Positions 21,201-29,652 of a stretch of 64,000 nucleotides of DNA are shown here, piece by piece (position 1 is the stretch's first letter; each line of letters opens with the position of its first letter). The DNA lies in assembly GCA_044220955.1 (NCBI GenBank), contig JBGAQA010000027.1:13056-77055 (forward strand), written 5' to 3'. The DNA is from Sandaracinaceae bacterium. GTDB taxonomy: Bacteria > Myxococcota_A > Polyangia > Polyangiales > Sandaracinaceae. The notes below the pieces were generated by a model. It saw nothing but the letters and a program-made list of their open reading frames with translations. It made no database searches and had not been told where the DNA came from. A program made the translations under genes and the position numbers.

Positions 21201-21321
21201 GCGCAGCACGCTGCACGGCGCCGAGGTCACGCCCATCACGACCGAGCTCGACGACAACAAGTTCGGCATCGTGCAGGTGCAGCTCCCGGGCACGAGGCCC
21301 GTCACGGCCGAGCCGCACTGA
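18280..21321 (+). CDS. ArnT/PMT-like GT-C membrane glycosyltransferase
   Basis: LWDPWETHYGEVARE, FFSKP, AFMAKG, TKFHHYIFP; many TM helices; Ala/Glu/Pro N-terminal tail. Confidence 0.85.
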   Translation: MSDDTKEDGPKPADESAAPTEAPAAEAPAETAAAEAPEASAGAAAPEAPESAGTASGAEDRPAKKSKKKKSAEGDATDATAAATAEPAAPEAAAPAPAGPAPGKRTDARWPGWVLMVASLAGLFMLMAYHEQLPRGPLWGIGLTLLATLGFVDVMGLLRSSSLDAADRASAIDWRKTWLAPIDAEPMFFAPAVSIPTAFAVAVIGALQPSWDRLPIFMIAALAVLAPAAMRRPALLVFVVGSGIVLPFLGAYGLWDPWETHYGEVAREVLSRDDWISTWWAHEEWFFSKPVFIFWIEALSMGALGVNFHPDGMIAPVDGVFPHPEWALRFPHYVLTLGALVAIYTLISRVYGKRAGALAGIVVATLPHFFMLSHQAITDMPLVSNMTMAMSMFGLAVAERADRQVRVYRLGPVAISARTLALGLLFAVCVPQILYLATRNVTLVTGGFSWHHDSFLFGSGGGNAGNPGNPPPRTVEPYLQGLGAEPIAQALYWSLGLFAIVWAYRKEKRAQAIAMLGFYVFCAFAFMAKGIEGFALPGMVALFFLVASRRWELLLEGRLRVALGMLIVMVVGAPWYVAMFIRHGNAFTDRILIHDHINRLTSGVHGDNASIEYFFEQLGYGLFPWIALAPLAIAAWIRFGTRKREEAGQDRVADAQRDVMMIIGLWGTSAFVLFSAMTTKFHHYIFPAVPAAGILVGLALDPLLGKDPAELGKRVLGTLAAIVAPVLVILGVAGWYGDPRGLTPLTEEHPADWVLAHPWPSTVVWGLVLGGVALAGLAWWVLRPSEKADFTSREGWLASTALLMAPLLLSMIGRDLAWSTESHPWGMERLIHLFVYNYQRPWPPHFDYRPILTGFAIVASVTIGLAAIRELRPVMIRAFLGTALALSVWSLDFYLVDLAPHWGQREIFARYYELREEGEHVIAWQMNWKGENFYTGNAVYTFVDLDTRPLTEWVSHHPGERVFVALEHSRVGSLRSTLHGAEVTPITTELDDNKFGIVQVQLPGTRPVTAEPH

Positions 21322-21860
21322 TGCGCCGGCGGCAGGTCCTCGGCGCCGCGCTCGGGGCCCTGGTGCTCCCGCGCGTCGCGTGGGCCCAGGACGCCGCGGT
21401 GCCCGAGCACAACCGGGCCTCGCTCACGGCGCCGCCCCCGCGCCCGCCCCTCGGAGCGGCGGCCGAGCGCGCGCGCCGTCTGTTCGAGGCGATCGCGAGC
21501 GACGACCCGGCGCGCGCCGACGACTTCTTCCTCTCGCGCGAGGCGTTCCGTCTCATCAAGGCGGTCCCCAGCCCCGATCCGCTCTGGGAGCGGCTCCACG
21601 CCGCCTACGTGCGCGACATCCACGCCCTGCACGCGACGACGCCGGATCTGGCGGGGGCCGCGTTCGAGCGGCTGCGCTTCACCGGCCGTCGCGGGTGGGT
21701 GGTCGTCGGTGAGGAAGCCAATCGCCTGCCGTACTGGGCGCAGCGGCACTCGTCGATCGACTACGGCGTCGGGGGGCAGGTCCGACACATCGAGGTGCGG
21801 ACGATGATCACGTGGGACGACCAGTGGTACGTGACGCACCTGTCGGAGTTCCGGCACTGA
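21321..21860 (+). CDS. Exported hypothetical protein (Tat-like signal)
   Basis: ATG overlaps the upstream TGA; MRRRQVLGAALG...AWA signal. Confidence 0.75.
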   Translation: MRRRQVLGAALGALVLPRVAWAQDAAVPEHNRASLTAPPPRPPLGAAAERARRLFEAIASDDPARADDFFLSREAFRLIKAVPSPDPLWERLHAAYVRDIHALHATTPDLAGAAFERLRFTGRRGWVVVGEEANRLPYWAQRHSSIDYGVGGQVRHIEVRTMITWDDQWYVTHLSEFRH

Positions 21861-21908
21861 AGGCGCCCACTTTCGTTCCACGGGATGCCCGGAGCGGGCG
21901 TGGCGTCT

Positions 21909-23438
21909 TCAGTGCGCTTCCGGCATCAGGGACGCGCGGTGTACGCCCTCGAGCTCCAGCGTGATCCCTCGCCGCACCGCCAGCGCTTCGAAGTCCCGCA
22001 GCGTCTCGCGCACGTCCTCCGATACGAAGTCGGCGCGGCCCTTGGCGACCACGATGCGCTTGGTGCCTTCGGGCGCGCCGTTCAGCGCGTCGAGCAGCTG
22101 CGCCTTGTGGAAGAAGTACGCGTCCTTGCTGAACGAGATCCGCCGGATCTCCCCGCGGTCCTCGATCGTCAGGAAGTTCCGCATCGACTCGCGCAGCGTG
22201 AGGACGACGCCCACCGCGAGGCCGACGACGATGCCGATCAGGAGATCGGTGAACAAGATCGAGACGATGGTCACGAAGTAGGGCGCGAAGACGCGCGGGC
22301 CGCGTCGCCACATCGCGATGAAGGCCCGCGGATCGGCGAGGTCGAGGCCGGTGACGACGAGGATCGTCGCGAGCGCTGCCAGCGGGACGTGGCGCAGCGT
22401 GGACGCGAGGAAGAGCACCGAGACGAGGATGAGCACGCCGTGCGTGAACGCCGCAGCGCGCGTCCGCGCGCCTGCGCTCACGTTCGCGCTGCTGCGGACG
22501 ATGACGCTCGTCACGGGCAGTCCGCCGAGCGCGCCCGAGATGAGGTTGGCGGCGCCCTGGGCGAGCAGCTCGCGATCCGGATCCGAGTGGCGCTTCTCCG
22601 GGTCGAGCTTGTCGACCGCGCCGAGCGAGAGCAGCGACTCCAGTGTCGCGACGATCCCGACGACGAGCCCCATGCGCCACGTGCTGAAGTCCGAGAAGGG
22701 CGCGAGGCTCACGGGCACGAGCGCTCCGGCGGCGTCGAGCGGTACGTCCACGAAGTGTCGCTCGTCGAGCGAGAGCTCCGGAGCCCAGAGCTCGTAGCTC
22801 CACGCGATCGCCGTTCCGATGAGCACGACGACGAGCGGAGCGGGCAGCCACGCGACCTTCTTCCACGCCGTCCGGCGGTGCACGAAGAGGATCACCAGCG
22901 CGATCGCGCTCACGGTCACGGCGGTGGGCTCGATCGCGCCGAGCGCGTGCGCGAGCAGAGAGAAGGTGTTGCCCTCGCCCTCCACGAAGAACTCGTCGCT
23001 GTCGAAGGCCTCGTGGTCGTAGCCGACCGCGTGCGGGAACTGCTTGAGCACGAGCATGACGCCGATCGCGGTCAGCATGCCGCGGATCACCGTCGAGGGG
23101 ACGAACGCGGTCACGACGCCGGCCCGGAGCGCGCCCAGCCCGAGCTGGAGCAGGCCCGCGACCATCGTGGCCGCGCAGACGGCGCCGAACCCGTGCTGGC
23201 TCACGCCCGCCGCCACGATCGCCGCCAGGCCCGCAGCAGGTCCGCTCACGGAGAGCGCCGAGCGGCTGATGAGCGGGACGACGAGCCCTCCGACGCAGCC
23301 GGCCACCAGGCCTGCGACGAGCGGCGCGCCCGAGGCGAGCGCGACGCCGAGACAGAGGGGGAGGGCGACCAGAAACACCACGAGCCCGGCGGGAAGATCC
23401 CGCCCCAGCGTCGTGGTCCAAGCTTGCGTCTTGCTCAC
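21909..23438 (-). CDS. SulP family anion (bicarbonate/sulfate) transporter
   Basis: DLPAGLVVFLVALPLCLGVALASGAP, VSGPAAGL, GGLPVTSVIVRSSAN. Confidence 0.92.
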   Translation of the reverse strand: MSKTQAWTTTLGRDLPAGLVVFLVALPLCLGVALASGAPLVAGLVAGCVGGLVVPLISRSALSVSGPAAGLAAIVAAGVSQHGFGAVCAATMVAGLLQLGLGALRAGVVTAFVPSTVIRGMLTAIGVMLVLKQFPHAVGYDHEAFDSDEFFVEGEGNTFSLLAHALGAIEPTAVTVSAIALVILFVHRRTAWKKVAWLPAPLVVVLIGTAIAWSYELWAPELSLDERHFVDVPLDAAGALVPVSLAPFSDFSTWRMGLVVGIVATLESLLSLGAVDKLDPEKRHSDPDRELLAQGAANLISGALGGLPVTSVIVRSSANVSAGARTRAAAFTHGVLILVSVLFLASTLRHVPLAALATILVVTGLDLADPRAFIAMWRRGPRVFAPYFVTIVSILFTDLLIGIVVGLAVGVVLTLRESMRNFLTIEDRGEIRRISFSKDAYFFHKAQLLDALNGAPEGTKRIVVAKGRADFVSEDVRETLRDFEALAVRRGITLELEGVHRASLMPEAH

Positions 23439-25765
23439 GTCACTCCCTCCTCGACCTCGAGCGGAGGCGGCGCGCCGCTCAGCCGCACGCTGCGCTCGAT
23501 CGGCTCCCCGAGCGGCAGGTACTTCTCGTGCTCGTCGCTCCACTCGAGCACCTCGGCCCGCTCGACGTCGTAGAACCAGGCGGCGAGCGTCAGCCCTCCG
23601 GCACCGAGCGCGCGCTGCACCACGGGGTAGGTGCGCAGGTGATCGATCTGCTTGAGGCAGCTGGCGCGCGCGAGGTCGTCGACCGAGGGATGCGCCTTCG
23701 GGTCCGACGCCAGCGCGACGGCGCCCTCGGCCCAGTGCCGGAGCGCGCCGAGGTTCTCGGGGAGGTGCCCCTTCTTGAGAGCGCCCATCGCCCCGCACTT
23801 GGCGTGTCCGCAGACGACGACGTTGCGAACGCCGAGCACTTCGATAGCGTACTCGAGCGCCGCGCCCTCGTCGTTCAGGGTGTCGCTGCCGTACGGGGGC
23901 AAGAGCGCACCGATGTTCCGGACGACGAAGAGCTCGCCCGGCTGGGTTCCCGTGAGGAGCGACGGCACGACGCGGCTGTCCGCGCACGTGAGCATCAGCG
24001 TGTGGGGCGCCTGCCCTTCGGCCAGCTCCGTCAAGAGGGGCGAGAGCTGGTCGCGGTGATCGCGCCGGAAGCGGCGCACGCCGCGCGCGAGCTCGGCGCG
24101 TCCGCGCGGCGCGCTCGTCACTTCGAGCAGCTTACCGAGGTCGGCCTCCCGCGCGATCATCAGCCCGGCGAGCGCGGGCCGGCCGACGCGGATCTCGCTG
24201 GCGATGTCGGCCTGCGCGCCGAGCAGCGCGACCTTGGCGCCGCGCTGGTGGAGCGACTCGACGAGCGCACCGAGCGCGTCGAGCGCGCTGCCGTCGACGC
24301 CCTCGACCTCGCGCAGGTCGATCACGAACCCTGGCGCCGCCGGCAAGCGCGCGAGCTGGCGCGCGAGGGCGTCGATCCGGGCGTTGGCGAGGAACGTGAG
24401 CGAGCCCGTGAGCGCCGCGTGGTGGGGGCGACCGACGGCTCCTTCCTCCACGTCGGCGCGCGCGCGCGTGACCCGCACCAGCGCGACGGCGAGGGCGATC
24501 ACGACGCCGGTCTGCACGCCCGGGCCCACGTCGAGGGCGACCATGGACAGCGCGGTGGTCGCGAACACCAGGCGGTCGCTGCGTGGCGCGCGCGCGATGT
24601 CACCCCAGCTCTCGCCCGCGAGCATCCGGCCGGCCAGGCCCAAAAGGACGCCCGCGAGCGCCGGCATCGGCAGCTGTCGAAGCCAGGGCGCGGCGGCCCA
24701 GCTCACGCCCGCGATCACCACCGCGGTCAAGAGGCCCGCGCGCCGCGTGCGAGCGCCGTTGCTCCAAGCGAGGCGCGAGCGCTCGGTGGCGGCGGTCACC
24801 GGGACGCCGAACGCGGCCGCGATCGCGACGTTGGCCACGCCGTGGGCCACGAGCTCCTGATCCGGATCATGGGGGGGCTCGCCCGGCCGCTCGCGGTCGC
24901 GCGCGGACGCCCGCGTGAGCGCCTCGATCGACGCGATCGCGAAGATCGCGAGCGAGTCGAGCACCAGGTCGGACGCGTCGGTCGGCCACGCTCGCGCGGG
25001 CCAGCTCGCGAAGGGCGGCAGCGCGTCGCGGGTGAGCGGCACCTCGGTCGTGCCGACGCCCAGCCACGCGATCGCGGCTGCGGGCACGGCGACGCCGACG
25101 AGCGCCCAGGGAACGCGCGGCAGGTACGAGGGGCCCAAGCCCATCGCCAGCGCTCCGAACGCCGCGCAGGCCATCGCCGGGCCGTGCGCGCGCGACGCGT
25201 AGCGCGCGAAGTGTACCAGCACGTCCAGCACGTGGGACTCGTCGGTGGGCGGCAGCCCGAAGGCGCTCGGCAGCTGGCCGACGACGAGGGTGAGCGCGAT
25301 GCCGGCCGCGAACCCCTGCACGACGGTGGGCGGCACCGCGCGGGTGAGGCGGGACGCGCCGAGCATGCCGACCGCGATCTGCGCCATCCCGGCGACGCCG
25401 CCGACGAGCGGCAGCACGGCGACCCCGTGCCGGTCGACGATCTGACCGACGAGCACGGCCATGATCGCGGCGGGGCCCGTCACCTCGACGCGGGTGCTCC
25501 CGATCGCCGCGGTGACCAGTGCGGCGATCACCGCGCTCGTGAGCCCGAGCCCCGAGGGCACGTCGGTGGCCACCGCGATCGCCATCGAGAGCGGGATCGA
25601 CGCGAGCCCGACCACGAGGCCGGCGCGGACGTCGCCGACCAGGTTGTCGCGCGTGAACGCGGCCTTCCACTCGGCGCGAAGCCGGCTGCGCGTGCGGTCG
25701 AGCCGCGAGCCGATGTGGGAGACTCCCGGAGGCAGGGACAGCGTCGAAGGTCGAGCGGAAGGCAT
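23435..25765 (-). CDS. SulP-STAS-beta carbonic anhydrase fusion
   Basis: SulP N-terminus, STAS-like IDLREV..VD, beta-CA motifs TCADSR, GELFVVRNIG, CGHAKCGAM. Confidence 0.9.
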   Translation of the reverse strand: MPSARPSTLSLPPGVSHIGSRLDRTRSRLRAEWKAAFTRDNLVGDVRAGLVVGLASIPLSMAIAVATDVPSGLGLTSAVIAALVTAAIGSTRVEVTGPAAIMAVLVGQIVDRHGVAVLPLVGGVAGMAQIAVGMLGASRLTRAVPPTVVQGFAAGIALTLVVGQLPSAFGLPPTDESHVLDVLVHFARYASRAHGPAMACAAFGALAMGLGPSYLPRVPWALVGVAVPAAAIAWLGVGTTEVPLTRDALPPFASWPARAWPTDASDLVLDSLAIFAIASIEALTRASARDRERPGEPPHDPDQELVAHGVANVAIAAAFGVPVTAATERSRLAWSNGARTRRAGLLTAVVIAGVSWAAAPWLRQLPMPALAGVLLGLAGRMLAGESWGDIARAPRSDRLVFATTALSMVALDVGPGVQTGVVIALAVALVRVTRARADVEEGAVGRPHHAALTGSLTFLANARIDALARQLARLPAAPGFVIDLREVEGVDGSALDALGALVESLHQRGAKVALLGAQADIASEIRVGRPALAGLMIAREADLGKLLEVTSAPRGRAELARGVRRFRRDHRDQLSPLLTELAEGQAPHTLMLTCADSRVVPSLLTGTQPGELFVVRNIGALLPPYGSDTLNDEGAALEYAIEVLGVRNVVVCGHAKCGAMGALKKGHLPENLGALRHWAEGAVALASDPKAHPSVDDLARASCLKQIDHLRTYPVVQRALGAGGLTLAAWFYDVERAEVLEWSDEHEKYLPLGEPIERSVRLSGAPPPLEVEEGVT

Positions 25766-25836
25766 CAGGCACCGATCCGGACGGAGGTCGCGTGGTGGCG
25801 CCCGGGCAAGAGCTCCCGGTGGCGCCGCGTGTCGAC

Positions 25837-26184
25837 TCAGTCCGCGATCGGGGGGCGCAGCGTGTCTTCGAAGTGAGGTGCGCGCGGGCAGCGCGCATCG
25901 TGCATGGGCCAGGGGCGCGCGTCGGTTCCGGGCAGGAATGCTCGCCCGCCGACGGCCACCACGGCGACCAGCTCGTCGAGGTCGTCGAGGCGCTCGTCGA
26001 GGTCGTCGTCTTCTTCGGGGGCCGGCTGCGCATCGCCGGGCGTCGCGGCGTCGTGGGCCCCGCCCCCGTCCCCGTCCCGGGCGATCTGCGGGCGATCGTC
26101 TCCCGTGGCGCTGGCCATCGCCGCCGGCAGCGACGCGGCGGCGGCTGCGACCGCCAGGGATGCCAGTACTGCCACCAGGCGCAT
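25837..26184 (-). CDS. Signal-peptide-bearing acidic small protein ending in RPP (candidate leader peptide)
   Basis: MRLVAVLASLAVAAAAA, EEDDDLDERLDDLDE, C-terminal TLRPPIAD; 71 nt upstream of the SulP-CA start. Confidence 0.55.
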   Translation of the reverse strand: MRLVAVLASLAVAAAAASLPAAMASATGDDRPQIARDGDGGGAHDAATPGDAQPAPEEDDDLDERLDDLDELVAVVAVGGRAFLPGTDARPWPMHDARCPRAPHFEDTLRPPIAD

Positions 26185-26219
26185 CGGGGCTCCACAGATA
26201 GGGGGCCGCGTCGATCGCG

Positions 26220-26684
26220 TCAAGAGGGGCCGCGCGCGAACTCCCCTATCGTGAGCCCCGCCGCGCTGCTGGCGCGGCAGCTCCGCGAGACGCCGGCGAC
26301 GTAGCGCCAGCCGGTCCCGTCGTGCGCGAAGCTGGACAGCTCCGCGAAGCTGGCGTCCCTGCCGTCGCGGCGCATGGTCACGTGGAACAGGACCCGCGCG
26401 ATTCCGTCGGCGTCCGGCCCGTCCCGGTCGATCACGACGAGCGTGTCGTACCGGTTGCGTCGCGCGCCGCGCGCGAGCTCGGCACGGAGCGCGCGCTCCC
26501 CGGCCGCGTGGTCGTCGTGATCCGGGTGGAGCGTCCGGAACAGGTACGCGTGCTCGCCGCGCACGAACGCCGAGAAGCGCGACCGCATCAGCGCCTCCGC
26601 ATCGGGGGGCTCGTCACCGGCGTGAAAGGGCTCGCAGCACGCCAGGTAGGGCCGTCCCGATCCGCAGGGGCATGCGTCGCTCAT
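26220..26684 (-). CDS. YchJ/SEC-C motif protein
   Basis: CPCGSG..Y..CC, AEALMRSRFSAF, ELSSF...GWRYV. Confidence 0.9.
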   Translation of the reverse strand: MSDACPCGSGRPYLACCEPFHAGDEPPDAEALMRSRFSAFVRGEHAYLFRTLHPDHDDHAAGERALRAELARGARRNRYDTLVVIDRDGPDADGIARVLFHVTMRRDGRDASFAELSSFAHDGTGWRYVAGVSRSCRASSAAGLTIGEFARGPS

Positions 26685-26732
26685 CGGCCACCAGCATGGC
26701 ACCGCCGCGCCCGCGGGGTAGGCTCGCGCTCC

Positions 26733-27263
26733 GTGGACGAGCGCCGCACACGCGCGATCCTGGCCGCGGCCGCGGTCGCGTTCGGGCTCTCGTCGTCGGC
26801 CGCGGCGATCGTGCCCGGCGCGGCCTGGCGGCAGGGATCGACGGCGCTCGCGGCCGCGCCGGAGCTGGGCGCGGGGCGGGTGCTCGACGGCGAGACGGGG
26901 CTCACGGTGACGCGGCTCGAGGGCGGGGCCGTGGACGTGACCACCGGCGACGGTGGCGGTGCGGGCACCGTCCTGGGCCTTGACGCGGGCCGGCTCCGCG
27001 CTCGGGCGGTCACCGCGGGCGTGTTCGAGATCGGGACCGAGCCCGGCCGGCCCTCGGTGCTCGTGGACCGCAGCGGCGTGCGGCTCGAGGACGGGATGCT
27101 CGACCGACTCCGCGCTCGGATGCTCCCGGAGCCGGCGCTGCTCGCCCTCGGGGCGCTGGTGCTGCTCGTCCTGCGGTCACGCGCGCGCCGTCCGGTCCCG
27201 GCCTGGCTCGCGCCGGCCCTGCTCGCGCTCGCAGCGTTCGTGCTCGCCCGCCGGACGGGCTGA
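26733..27263 (+). CDS. Membrane-anchored hypothetical protein
   Basis: N-terminal hydrophobic segment and two C-terminal TM segments; TAGGCT box 8 nt upstream. Confidence 0.55.
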   Translation: MDERRTRAILAAAAVAFGLSSSAAAIVPGAAWRQGSTALAAAPELGAGRVLDGETGLTVTRLEGGAVDVTTGDGGGAGTVLGLDAGRLRARAVTAGVFEIGTEPGRPSVLVDRSGVRLEDGMLDRLRARMLPEPALLALGALVLLVLRSRARRPVPAWLAPALLALAAFVLARRTG

Positions 27264-27298
27264 GCACTGCGCGTCGGCGCGCGAATGCTCCGTGGATC

Positions 27299-27778
27299 TC
27301 AGCGGCGTCGCAGGATCTCGTACGCGGCCTTCGCGTCGAGAATTCGCGCCTGCACCGCGCCCACCACGATGGTCATCCCCGGCCGCACCGGCTCGGCCCG
27401 CTGGGGCGTCAGCGGCGCCGCCCCGATCTTGGTGTCGTTGTGGGACCCGACGTCCGTCAACGTGAGCCCCCCGGGCTCGTTCCTGAAATGCGCGTGCAGC
27501 TTCGAGACCGACGAGTGACGGATGCACACGTCGCTGTTGCGGGCCCGCCCGACCGAGATGCGGTCGGGAAACGGGCTCTGGGCCCGCTTGGCGATCGGCG
27601 CGACGACGACGTGCTTGCGCGTCCGCGGCACGTCCCCGAGCTCCGTCATGAAGTGCAGATCCTCGTCCTCCTCGGGCGCGTCGAACGAGAGGAACGCATG
27701 CGGGTGGCGAGCTACGAACTCGGCCTCGGTGCAGCGGGCGGCCTCCCGCTCGAGCGATTCACCGTCCTGCGCGGTCAC
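27299..27778 (-). CDS. FHA domain protein
   Basis: ISVGRA..SDV.I...SVSKLHA, LTDVGSHNDT. Confidence 0.88.
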   Translation of the reverse strand: MTAQDGESLEREAARCTEAEFVARHPHAFLSFDAPEEDEDLHFMTELGDVPRTRKHVVVAPIAKRAQSPFPDRISVGRARNSDVCIRHSSVSKLHAHFRNEPGGLTLTDVGSHNDTKIGAAPLTPQRAEPVRPGMTIVVGAVQARILDAKAAYEILRRR

Positions 27779-27784
27779 TCACTT

Positions 27785-27814
27785 GCCGTACCGAGGGCGG
27801 GCAGGGGGTGTCAA
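27785..27814 (-). promoter_or_regulatory. Sigma70-type promoter of the FHA gene
   Basis: TTGACA (27814-27809), 18-bp spacer, TACGGC, 6 nt before GTG. Confidence 0.5.
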
Positions 27815-27829
27815 GCGCCTCGCGGAGGA

Positions 27830-29608
27830 TCACAGGGTCTCGAGGAACGCGGTGAGCGGATCGATTCGCTCGGCGATGGCGTCGAAGCCGACCACGTGGG
27901 CGTCGATCCCGCCGGCCACGCGCGGGTCGGGGGCGAGCATCCGGATGCGCGCGTAGTGGTCCACGACGTCGCGCAGGCGCGCGAAGGTGCCCGCGTGTCC
28001 ATAGGGTGCGGTGCGCGAGAGCGCGCGGAGCGTGGGCGTCCGGAACGCGCCGAGGGTGGAGGGGTCGAACGCGCCGACTCCGGCCAGCGGGTCGGGCGCG
28101 CCGGGGTCGTCCGAGAAGGCGCCCTGCCTGCGGAACGGCGAGGCGCTCAGCGTGGCGAGCGCGGCGGCGCGGCCGGTGTCGAGCGTCGCGCCGGTCCCGG
28201 CGCCCGGCATCGCGATGGCGTGGAAGGCCGAGTCGCTCATCGCCGGGCCGTGGTGGCAGTCGGCGCAGCCCTCGAGGACGAACTCGTGAAGGCCGTCGCG
28301 CTCGAGCTCCGTGAGCGCGCTCGTGTCTCCCGCGACGTAGTCGTCGAAGCGGGTGCGAGGGGGCGCGAGCGTACGCTCGTAGGCCTCGATGGCCTTGCCG
28401 ACGTCGGTGAAGACGCGCGTCACCAGCGCCTGGTCGGCGGCGCTCATCGACTCCCAGGCGGGATCTCCCGGCGCGCCCGCGGCCGGAAAGCGCGTCGCGT
28501 CGGAGAGATCGGGCATCGCGCCGAACACGGCCTCGAAGGAGGCGCGGTGCGCTACGGCCACGCGGTGCGCGACGACCAGCCGGCTCGAGCCCATCTCCCG
28601 CGCGTTCTCCACCGGTCCGAGCGCCTGGGCCCAGAGCGAGTCCACGCGCCCGTCCCAGAAAGGCCAGCGGACGAACGCCGAGGCGTAGAGCGTCGGCGTG
28701 TGGCGGGTCACGTCCGCCACGCCGTGACCGAGGGCGCGCGCGTCGCCGAAGCCCTGCGCCGGATCGTGACACGTCGCGCAGGCGACGCCGGCAGGCGAGA
28801 GGCCCGTGTCGGCGAAGAGGGCGGCTCCGAGGGCGGCGGCGGCGGGATCGTCGGCGCGCGCGTTCGAGAGATCGGGCGGCGGCGTGGCTGGATACGCCAT
28901 GCCCTCGATCAGATCCCACTCGTCCTCGCTGAACCGGCCGTCGACCAGCGTCGGCGAATATGGTCCCGGCGCCGGCGAGGCGTCCAGCATCGAGAGCACG
29001 ACGTCGATGGTCTGCTCGAGCTGACCGGCCCGCGCGCCGAAGAGCAGGCGCAGCAGGCGCAGCGAGCGCGCGTCGATGATCGCGATCGCAGGCAGGCGAG
29101 CGCCCGCGCTCGTCAGCGACGCGAACGTCTCGTCCGGATCGAGGCCGACGACGTCTGGCATCACGTCGTAGAGCGGGCTCGCGGCGGCGAGCGATCGCAC
29201 CTGCGCCGGCAGGGCGTCTTCGTCCTCGAGGACCAGGTCGACGAAGTGCAGCCGCGCTCGCTCGGGGTGCGAGAGTAGGCGCGAGGTGTGCCCGAGGTGC
29301 CATCGGGAGTGGCCGGACCAGAGCGCGATCTCGCGGACGACGATCAGCTCGGCCCGCGGCGCGCAAGGGACGTGGAAGTCCGTGAGGGAGGCGCTCCCGT
29401 CCGCGGTGGTGAAGGTGAGGTCGGGCAAGAGCGCGCCTGCGGCCACGCGACGCTCGCCCGGGAGCTCGCCGGCCGTGGCGGCGCACGCGGCGTCGGGCGC
29501 CGGGGCGGCGTCGGAACCGCCGTCGCCAGGGGCCGCGTCGCTCGGCACGGGCGCCGCCTGGCAGGCCAGCAGCGCGGTCACGAGCAGCACGAGCCATCTC
29601 CTGGGCAT
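27830..29608 (-). CDS. Di-haem cytochrome c peroxidase / MauG-family lipoprotein with N-terminal thioredoxin-like domain
   Basis: LLAC lipobox; CATCH and CADCH; FWDGR, GAFRTPTLR....APYGHAG. Confidence 0.88.
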   Translation of the reverse strand: MPRRWLVLLVTALLACQAAPVPSDAAPGDGGSDAAPAPDAACAATAGELPGERRVAAGALLPDLTFTTADGSASLTDFHVPCAPRAELIVVREIALWSGHSRWHLGHTSRLLSHPERARLHFVDLVLEDEDALPAQVRSLAAASPLYDVMPDVVGLDPDETFASLTSAGARLPAIAIIDARSLRLLRLLFGARAGQLEQTIDVVLSMLDASPAPGPYSPTLVDGRFSEDEWDLIEGMAYPATPPPDLSNARADDPAAAALGAALFADTGLSPAGVACATCHDPAQGFGDARALGHGVADVTRHTPTLYASAFVRWPFWDGRVDSLWAQALGPVENAREMGSSRLVVAHRVAVAHRASFEAVFGAMPDLSDATRFPAAGAPGDPAWESMSAADQALVTRVFTDVGKAIEAYERTLAPPRTRFDDYVAGDTSALTELERDGLHEFVLEGCADCHHGPAMSDSAFHAIAMPGAGTGATLDTGRAAALATLSASPFRRQGAFSDDPGAPDPLAGVGAFDPSTLGAFRTPTLRALSRTAPYGHAGTFARLRDVVDHYARIRMLAPDPRVAGGIDAHVVGFDAIAERIDPLTAFLETL

Positions 29609-29652
29609 CGCGCCGAGCTTGCCACGCGGCGCCGCGGTAGGCTGCGTGGGTC

